From: an uncultured Lachnospiraceae bacterium
Lineage (GTDB): Bacteria; Bacillota; Clostridia; Lachnospirales; Lachnospiraceae
Length of the DNA stretch: 48,416 nucleotides
Direction: 5' to 3'
Assembly: GCA_902774525.1 (NCBI GenBank)
Contig: CACYIR010000001.1
Span: 1-48,416, forward strand
Shown one piece after another: positions 16,804-23,695 of the stretch. A program made the translations under genes and the position numbers. Each line of letters begins with the position of its first letter. Position 1 is the first letter of the stretch. The notes under the pieces were generated by a model. The model was not told the DNA's origin and made no database searches. It worked only from the letters and a program-made list of their open reading frames with translations.

Positions 16804-17532
16804 TTATCTTAAGCCCGTGATCGCGTCATCTTTAAGCCCTTCCTGTGCAAGCATTCCCTCCATGACCTTGATCTCTGCGGAAATATCAAGCGCATCATCG
16901 GCATAAAGTGCATCCAGCTGCTTATCGAACGCTGCAAGAGAGGTGTCCATCATTTCTTCAACCTTACCCTTGGTACCGTCGATATTCATGCCGGAAATAC
17001 CGGTTTCATCCATCCTGTCATAAGCATTTAACAGCTTAAGAGTAGTAGGAAGATAGTAATTAAAGAACTTCCTGACCTGACTTTTCTTCGAAGGATTCTC
17101 CACGATAAAGTTCACTATCTTGGTAGTCACTTCTTCAAGATGGACTATCTGTCCGGATACTTTTTCATCCTCTATAGCTTTGTCCAGACGTCTCATTTCA
17201 GCTATAGCCTTTTCTTCTTCATCAAGAAGCGCATCTATGGATGCGTCTCCGGTTCTCGGTCTCTTCTTGATACCCTGATCCGGCTCGGGTTTCTTTTCCT
17301 CCTGCTTTACAGGTTCCGGTGCAGGTTCAGGCTTTTTGGAATTATCCTCCAGCTCAACCAGCTGCTTTGGCCAGAACATCTTACTGATGGCCCAGCCGCA
17401 GAATGAGGATAACCCGGCCAGAAACATACCGGATACCGTAGCCGGGAAAACAAGTACTCCGCCAACAAAAGCTGCTGCAGCCACATATATAGGTCCTGCC
17501 GAGCTCCAGGGGCTTTTTTTGAACGTTTTCAT
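16804..17532 (-). CDS. xpaC: XpaC-family (5-bromo-4-chloroindolyl phosphate hydrolysis, PF10112-type) membrane protein
   Basis: Two N-terminal TMs, then a P/E/K linker, then KKSQVRKFFNYYLPTTLKLLNAYDRMDE...AAFDKQLDALY. It lies directly upstream of telA, as xpaC-yaaN does in B. subtilis. Confidence 0.75.
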   Translation of the reverse strand: MKTFKKSPWSSAGPIYVAAAAFVGGVLVFPATVSGMFLAGLSSFCGWAISKMFWPKQLVELEDNSKKPEPAPEPVKQEEKKPEPDQGIKKRPRTGDASIDALLDEEEKAIAEMRRLDKAIEDEKVSGQIVHLEEVTTKIVNFIVENPSKKSQVRKFFNYYLPTTLKLLNAYDRMDETGISGMNIDGTKGKVEEMMDTSLAAFDKQLDALYADDALDISAEIKVMEGMLAQEGLKDDAITGLR

Positions 17533-17562
17533 CTAAAAGGTTACTCCTTTTTAACTACGGGA

Positions 17563-19032
17563 TTATCTTTTTAAGGTCTTATTTCCTTCATCTGATACCT
17601 TAAGAACATGATCTTCAGCGATGTACCACTTGATCTCGGTATCACCCTTCTTCTCAATTACCTCGAATTCATAGCCTTCTTTGTCAACAATGTTCTCGAT
17701 TCTCTTCAGGCCCATTCGTTCTTCATTGATGTAAATTACATAATCCTTAAATACGAAATCCTTTATGGCAAATCTGTCAGTATCATTTTCATATGTGTAA
17801 TTTACATACGGTGTATACTTGGAATATCTGATAAGTAAGGACTTTGTATTCTTATAAGGCAATGTGATCTGGTTAAGTATCTTAATTGTATTGATCAGTG
17901 AAACTGAAGACTGTTTCAAAGCCTGTTGATAATAATCTTCATTTCTTGCTTCAACACGTTTTGCTTCTGCATCCTTGAAAAGCAGACACTTGTTATACAG
18001 CTCGGCTGCTTCGGCATACTGTCCGTCTTTAAAGAGTCTGTCAGCCTCATTGTAATATACAATGTTCTTAACCTCTACCAGCTTGGCATTAAGCTCTTTG
18101 AAGCGCTCAACGTCAGCCTTGGGTGCCGGATCTGTAAGCCCCACATTATACATAATGTTCTTGATAGATGATTCTATCTTTGCCCAGTTGGTATATACCA
18201 CAAAACCAAGTACCGCTACCACTGCAAGCGGAATAAGTATTTTGAGGAAACCAAAGTAGTTTCTGACAACCTTGGGACCCTTCTGCTTCCTTGATGCTGT
18301 ACGTTCGTTCTTCGGACGTGCTGCAGGTGCGGGACGGCTTACGGTCGGACGACCGGGAGCAGGTGCTGTTACTGTAGCTGCAGGTGCTGTATACGGTGCC
18401 TCTTCTGCTGGAGCTGAAGATACATTGCTTGCTGCGGATGAATTTCCGCCCGGCATATATACGGCAGGGGCTGCAGGTGCTGCAGGTGCTACAGGCTTGG
18501 GTTCGGGTGCAGGTGTGTAAGATGCTGCAGTATTGGTAGCAGTCGACTTAACACCGGTATCGATCCTTGCACCGATAACCGTCTTGCCTTTGAGCGACTC
18601 CTTTGCCGTAGCCATACGTTTCTTCATATATGAAGCAACCAGTAAAGCCATGGCACTGATGCCGCCGCCGATAAGTACTACGGTAATGATAGCCTTAACT
18701 TTGGAATTGTTTGCTCCTACAATGATAAGTATCAAAGCAAGTACTGAGATCACGATTGCGGCAAAAGCAACTGCAGATGCGATAAGTGAGAATTTCTGAC
18801 ATGACAGATAATCCTTAACGTTCTTATTGCTCTTGCGTACTACTATTTCTTCAGCTGCTGCTATTTCCTCATCAGTACCTATCCTTGATATATTATTTAA
18901 TGTATCGTCGAGTATTTCGTTCAGAACCTGTCTTGTTTCATTATCATTTGCTGCATTCAGGGCATTTCGGGCAGCAATAAGTCTGAAATACAAGTGTTCA
19001 GATTCGCTCGAGAAAATTTCGTCTACTGTCAT
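17563..19032 (-). CDS. Hypothetical 3-TM protein with a P/A-rich linker and a C-terminal TPR-like/unknown domain
   Basis: The ATG at 19032 follows AGGCGGAG. TMs: FSLIASAVAFAAIVISVLALILIIV, AIITVVLIGGGISAMALLVASYM, FLKILIPLAVVAVLGFVVY. The linker is PAPEPKPVAPAAPAAPAVY...APAPGRPTVSRPAPAARP. I recognise no family. Confidence 0.6.
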   Translation of the reverse strand: MTVDEIFSSESEHLYFRLIAARNALNAANDNETRQVLNEILDDTLNNISRIGTDEEIAAAEEIVVRKSNKNVKDYLSCQKFSLIASAVAFAAIVISVLALILIIVGANNSKVKAIITVVLIGGGISAMALLVASYMKKRMATAKESLKGKTVIGARIDTGVKSTATNTAASYTPAPEPKPVAPAAPAAPAVYMPGGNSSAASNVSSAPAEEAPYTAPAATVTAPAPGRPTVSRPAPAARPKNERTASRKQKGPKVVRNYFGFLKILIPLAVVAVLGFVVYTNWAKIESSIKNIMYNVGLTDPAPKADVERFKELNAKLVEVKNIVYYNEADRLFKDGQYAEAAELYNKCLLFKDAEAKRVEARNEDYYQQALKQSSVSLINTIKILNQITLPYKNTKSLLIRYSKYTPYVNYTYENDTDRFAIKDFVFKDYVIYINEERMGLKRIENIVDKEGYEFEVIEKKGDTEIKWYIAEDHVLKVSDEGNKTLKR

Positions 19033-19056
19033 TTTGTACTCCGCCTTTCACTAAAC

Positions 19057-21630
19057 TTAATGCCTTGCCTCTTCTTCCCTTATCCTTACGTCGATCTCAC
19101 GCATGGAGTTCTCAATATCTTTTATTTTCTGGTTTGCGACCGAACGTCTCTCATCAACTGCCCTGCTCTTATCCTTTAATGCCTGCAGAGCTTCCTTCTT
19201 GGCAGAGATGACTGACTGGTTCTCTTCGATCGTCTCATTAAGTGCTGCGAGATCTTTATCAAATTTCTCTTTTACTTTCTGATGTTCTTCAATGGTAGCC
19301 TTGCTGTTTATCTGTGCCACCTCGAACTGGTTCTTTATTGAATCAAGTTCCTTCTCGGCATTTTCTCTGTCCTCGGTCTTCTGCTTATACAGCATAACCT
19401 TCTTACGTTTTCCGGACGCTGCTTTTTCTCTGAAAATAGCCTCGATCTCACCTGCAAGTTCTACTGCCGCGAAAGCAGTCCTTAAATCATCCTTAAGTTT
19501 CAGAAGTCTCTTCCTCTCAGTCTGTTCCTTATATGTGTATCTGTTCTCGGATTCCTGTGCCTGTGCCTCAAGATCCTTTTTCCTGCTCTGTGCATTGAAC
19601 AGTGTTGCGTTAACCTGGTTCTCAACCTGCATGAACTGGTTACGTTCAAGGTCGTACTGCTTTTCGATCTCAGCCTTCTCAAGCATACATGCGTTGATCT
19701 CGGATGCAACCTCAACTCTCTGCTGGATGAGCTTGTCCTTTTCGGCCTTTAACGATCCGACAGCCATATCCTCATGCATTCTCAGATCCTCTGCATGCTG
19801 TTTAAGCTGTGCATGACGTTTTTCTTCGTCCATCTTCTGATGCAGCTCTTCCTCACGACGTCTTTCTTCACGCTGTCTTAATTCATCACGGCGCTGTTTC
19901 TCTGCAAGACGTTCCGCTTCAACAGTCTCTGCCTTTGCTACAGCACTCTGGTTAAGCTCTTTGGAAGCCTGCTGCATGGGCTTTTCGGTAAGAATTGCAG
20001 GAGCGGGAGTATTGGGATTAAGAACTCTCTGGATCTCATACTGGGCTGCGGCAGCCTTAGCTGCTGCAATCCTTTCTGCTTCCCTTTGTGCACGCTCTGC
20101 AGCTTCTTTTTCAAGACGTGCTTTTTCTTCAGCCTCTCTTGCTGCTCTTTCGGCTGCGGCCTTAGCTGCCTTTTCTCTTGCAGACCTTTCGGCCTCGGCT
20201 TTTTCTCTGGCGATACGCTCTGCCTGAGCTTTCTCCTCGGCTTCTCTTTCTTCTTTAGCTATCCTTGCTGCGGCTGCCTTGGCTTTTTCTTCTGCTTCCT
20301 TTGCAAGTCTCTCGGCTTCTTCCTTAGCCTTTTCTTCGGCTTCTTCCTTAGCCTTTTCGGTCTCTATACGTTCCTTTTCGGCTCTCTCTATCTCTAAGCG
20401 GGCTGCTTCCTCTCTTGCCTTATCCGATGCCAGCTTTCTGGCTGCTTCAACCTTGGCAAGTGTAGCCTTTCTCTCTTCTTCGGCGCGCTTTGCTTCTTCC
20501 TTTGCCTTGCGGATAGCTTCCTCAGCCGCACGCTTTCCTGCTTCCTCAGCTGCTCTTTTCTCTTCCTCAACCCTGCGGATAGCTTCTTCAGCTGCTCTCT
20601 TTTGTTCTTCTTCCTTACGTCTTGCTTCTTCGGCTGCCTTTCTTTCTTCCTCAGCCTTGCGGGCTGCTTCTTCAGCTGCCTTACGCTCTGCTTCTTCTCT
20701 CGCCTTGCGCTCTTCCTCAGCCTTGCGGGCTGCTTCTTCAGCCGCCTTACGCTCTGCTTCTTCTCTCGCCTTGCGCTCTTCCTCAGCCTTGCGGGCTGCT
20801 TCTTCGGCTGCCTTGCGCTCTGCTTCTTCTCTCGCCTTGCGCTCTTCCTCAGCCTTGCGGGCCGCTTCTTCGGCTGCCTTACGTTCAGCTTCTTCTCTTG
20901 CCTTGCGCTCTTCCTCAGCCTTGCGGGCTGCCTCTTCAGCTGCTATCCTTTCGGCTTCCTTGCGCTCTTTTTCTTTTCTTTCAGCTTCGGCAGCTTCATT
21001 TCCGGCCCAGGTAATGGTGTCCAGCCATTCCTTTACGACCTTATCCATACTGCCTGTAGAATACTTATTGTTAAAAATTACACGAAACTTTAATACACGT
21101 CCGTTAAGCTCTATGAACACATAGTAATTGCAACACATGGACGACAAGACACGTCTAATAAAACCGCCTGTAATTTTTCCAAAAGAATATTCAAGAAGAG
21201 CTAACTTGGACTTGTTAACTCCACCCTTTACCATATCGTCATAAACGCCCTGAAGGATCTCGGCACCGCTCTTGCCGTTTGCGGTATCGTTACCGACATG
21301 GAGAAGCTCTACCGGCTTTTCCTCGTCAACATCGTTCAGAACGAATTCTTTTTTCTCATTCTCACTGGGAACCCATGCCAGGAAATCACGCTGCTGTCCG
21401 TTCTGGCTGACAGACTGCAGATTGATCTTGAAACCGTCAGGTATAGCAATCCTGTAGCCGGTTCCGAAAACGAGCTTGTTTTCTTTGAAAGTGAATTCCG
21501 CCACGTCGTTCTCATCCATCATTTCACCGAGTGAATCCTGGAAGGAATTCAATGCACGCAAAAGGTCGCCCAGCGACTTTCCGGAGTCTTTTGTGTTGTT
21601 CCCGGTGGCCTGATTTTCCGATCTGTCCAT
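19057..21630 (-). CDS. Hypothetical 857-aa protein: ~225-aa unknown globular N-domain, ~320-aa E/R/K/A-rich helix, ~300-aa heptad-type coiled coil
   Basis: ORF 19057..21699. The ATG at 21630 lies 6 nt after GGAGG (MDRSENQATGNN...). There is no TM and no signal peptide. The central region contains AAEEAARKAEEERKAREEAERK repeated about 4.5 times within a longer E/A/K/R tract. Confidence 0.7.
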   Translation of the reverse strand: MDRSENQATGNNTKDSGKSLGDLLRALNSFQDSLGEMMDENDVAEFTFKENKLVFGTGYRIAIPDGFKINLQSVSQNGQQRDFLAWVPSENEKKEFVLNDVDEEKPVELLHVGNDTANGKSGAEILQGVYDDMVKGGVNKSKLALLEYSFGKITGGFIRRVLSSMCCNYYVFIELNGRVLKFRVIFNNKYSTGSMDKVVKEWLDTITWAGNEAAEAERKEKERKEAERIAAEEAARKAEEERKAREEAERKAAEEAARKAEEERKAREEAERKAAEEAARKAEEERKAREEAERKAAEEAARKAEEERKAREEAERKAAEEAARKAEEERKAAEEARRKEEEQKRAAEEAIRRVEEEKRAAEEAGKRAAEEAIRKAKEEAKRAEEERKATLAKVEAARKLASDKAREEAARLEIERAEKERIETEKAKEEAEEKAKEEAERLAKEAEEKAKAAAARIAKEEREAEEKAQAERIAREKAEAERSAREKAAKAAAERAAREAEEKARLEKEAAERAQREAERIAAAKAAAAQYEIQRVLNPNTPAPAILTEKPMQQASKELNQSAVAKAETVEAERLAEKQRRDELRQREERRREEELHQKMDEEKRHAQLKQHAEDLRMHEDMAVGSLKAEKDKLIQQRVEVASEINACMLEKAEIEKQYDLERNQFMQVENQVNATLFNAQSRKKDLEAQAQESENRYTYKEQTERKRLLKLKDDLRTAFAAVELAGEIEAIFREKAASGKRKKVMLYKQKTEDRENAEKELDSIKNQFEVAQINSKATIEEHQKVKEKFDKDLAALNETIEENQSVISAKKEALQALKDKSRAVDERRSVANQKIKDIENSMREIDVRIREEEARH
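20649..20945 (-). repeat. Coding tandem repeat, 66-nt unit x ~4.5 copies
   Basis: Units start at 20649, 20715, 20781, 20847 and 20913. The first three differ by 1-3 nt, and the differences between them that I checked are synonymous. Each unit encodes a 22-aa block AAEEAARKAEEERKAREEAERK. Confidence 0.9.
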
Positions 21631-21720
21631 ACTTAACCTCCATGCTGTTTTTTCCAGCTTTAAAAAGCACGAAATATGACAAAAAACAATACCCCACATT
21701 ATTTTTTATCATTCTATACT

Positions 21721-21749
21721 ATTATACACTTATTTGTTTTTAAAATCAA
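21721..21749 (-). promoter_or_regulatory. Consensus-like sigma-A promoter of the five-gene xpaC-telA operon
   Basis: On the minus strand: TTGATT (21744-21749), 17-nt spacer, TATAAT (21721-21726), about 90 nt upstream of the ATG at 21630. Confidence 0.6.
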
Positions 21750-21765
21750 CAAAAATCAATAAAAA

Positions 21766-22677
21766 TCAACCTTTTTCCAATAATTTCTTTCTTCCTTCAA
21801 GGAAATACCATGCAATCCCGCTTACAACAGGCACAACAAACAGTAAAACCGCGTTCTCCTGAACCCATGCAGGCAGCAATGTAAGCAGAAAATTAAACCC
21901 GTTGAACATGGCATGGAAAATGATCGAAGGTATTATCGAACCGTACTTATAAGCGACATAAGCCATAAAAAGCCCCATAACACCGGCATATATGCCCTGG
22001 ACTACATTCAGATGGAATATACCGAAATATATAGCCGAAATGAGTATTGCAAGTACCGGAGCCATTGATTTTTTAAGCCTTGTGAGAATGATACCCCTCA
22101 TGATGCACTCTTCATTTATGGGAGCCAGCACTACGGTCAGGATTATCACTTTCGCACTGACATTGTTCATCCCGGCATCTTCCATAAGCTCATTGTATTT
22201 TTCCATGGAAGCAGGACTTACAAAGTCTATGATCGCCACTACAAAAAAAGTTATGTAATAAAGCGCGACAGCCGCAAAAAACAGACCGGCGAGAATATCG
22301 GGCTTAATGCATTTTCTGCAGGTTGCCTTAAGATCGGCAAGTCTGTATCCCCTGCAGTATACTTTTCTGTACCATATCACTGCCACTATGAGTGAAACAA
22401 GAGTCGCAACAAAAGATACCTGCGTTGTGTCGAGCGATTCCAGGATTTCGGCCGTCCGCTCCATATCCGAAAGCCCCGGATCAAGATCCGCGCCCTGCTC
22501 CCTTATCTTTGCTATGATAAAAGGGATCATCACGATCATCTGGATCACAAGGAACGCGATCATTATCAGGAAGCACACCAATGCTTCAAGAGCAGGATTT
22601 TTGTTGTCCCTGTACTGTTTCGGGACATACCGCTGTTCCCCATCCTGCATGATATTGTTATTTTCGTTTTCCTGCAT
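21766..22677 (-). CDS. CPBP-family intramembrane glutamic endopeptidase (CAAX protease / Abi-like)
   Basis: Multi-TM protein carrying the three family motifs: PINEECIMRG (EExxxR), YFGIFHL (FxxxH) and FHAMFNG (HxxxN). Confidence 0.8.
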   Translation of the reverse strand: MQENENNNIMQDGEQRYVPKQYRDNKNPALEALVCFLIMIAFLVIQMIVMIPFIIAKIREQGADLDPGLSDMERTAEILESLDTTQVSFVATLVSLIVAVIWYRKVYCRGYRLADLKATCRKCIKPDILAGLFFAAVALYYITFFVVAIIDFVSPASMEKYNELMEDAGMNNVSAKVIILTVVLAPINEECIMRGIILTRLKKSMAPVLAILISAIYFGIFHLNVVQGIYAGVMGLFMAYVAYKYGSIIPSIIFHAMFNGFNFLLTLLPAWVQENAVLLFVVPVVSGIAWYFLEGRKKLLEKG

Positions 22678-22699
22678 AATCAGTTACCAAAACCTTATT

Positions 22700-23665
22700 C
22701 TATTCATCTTCTCCGGAATTTGATGCGTCGGGAACACTGAACAATGCTTCCACAAATGACTGCGGATCAAATTTCTGAAGATCGTCTATATGCTCTCCTA
22801 CACCGATATATTTAACCGGGATCCCGAGCTCCTTCTGTATGGCTACTGCAATACCTCCCTTGGCTGTACCGTCAAGCTTGGTGATGATGATACCTGTTAT
22901 ATCGGCCACTTCACTGAACTGCTTGGCCTGAGCCAAAGCATTCTGTCCGGTGGTCCCGTCCAGAACTACCAGGGTCTCCCTGTAGCAGTCAGGGTACTCA
23001 CGGTCAACTATCCTGTTTATCTTCTTTAGCTCGTCCATGAGGTTCTTTTTATTGTGAAGCCTTCCGGCGGTATCACATAAAAGAACATCGGTCTTTCTTG
23101 ACTTTGCCGCAGATACCGCGTCAAATACAACTGCTGCGGGATCGGAACCCTCTGACTGCGCTATGATATCCACTCCTGCCCTGTTGGTCCACTCGGTAAG
23201 CTGTTCAATGGCAGCCGCACGGAAAGTATCTGCCGCTGCGACAAGCACTTTTTTACCCATGCCTTTAAGCTGTCCGGCCAGTTTTCCTATGGATGTGGTC
23301 TTGCCCACACCGTTAACACCTATGACCATGACAACCGATTTTCTGTTCTCAAATTCATAGGCATCCTCAGGTACGGACATCTGCTCTATGATACTGTCCA
23401 TCAGCAGCTGCCTGCAGGCTTCGGGCTCTTTAATCTTGTTTTCTTTTACTTTTTCCTTAAGGTTTTCCACTATGGCTTCCGTAGCATTTATGCCGATATC
23501 GGCCATAATAAGAGTTTCTTCCAGCTCTTCATAAAAATCATCATCAATGGATGAAAAAGCGCTGAAAATACTGTTAAGTCCGTTTGCTATGCTTTTTCTG
23601 GTCTTCGACAGTCCCGAAACCAGACGTCTGAAAAATCCTTTTTTCTTCTCTTTCTCTTCTTCCAT
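22700..23665 (-). CDS. ftsY: Signal recognition particle receptor FtsY
   Basis: VIGVNGVGKTTSIGKLA...DTAGRLHNK...TKLDGTAKGG. The ATG follows GGAGGGG, and the gene is syntenic with smc. Confidence 0.95.
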   Translation of the reverse strand: MEEEKEKKKGFFRRLVSGLSKTRKSIANGLNSIFSAFSSIDDDFYEELEETLIMADIGINATEAIVENLKEKVKENKIKEPEACRQLLMDSIIEQMSVPEDAYEFENRKSVVMVIGVNGVGKTTSIGKLAGQLKGMGKKVLVAAADTFRAAAIEQLTEWTNRAGVDIIAQSEGSDPAAVVFDAVSAAKSRKTDVLLCDTAGRLHNKKNLMDELKKINRIVDREYPDCYRETLVVLDGTTGQNALAQAKQFSEVADITGIIITKLDGTAKGGIAVAIQKELGIPVKYIGVGEHIDDLQKFDPQSFVEALFSVPDASNSGEDE

Positions 23666-23695
23666 AGTGAAACCCCTCCTGTAAAATAATAATCA

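Noticed and set aside
20649-20945. Regularly spaced 66-nt repeats considered as a CRISPR-like array
   Set aside because: The repeats are contiguous with no unique spacers, lie in frame within a coding sequence, and no cas genes are present.
20279-21124. A long + strand ORF (281 aa, S/A/L-rich), with further overlapping + strand ORFs at 20086-21093, opposite the 857-aa gene
   Set aside because: These are mirror-image artefacts of the repetitive GAA/GCN/AAG-rich coding sequence on the minus strand. They have no RBS and low-complexity translations. The minus-strand gene has a proper GGAGG-ATG start and operon context.
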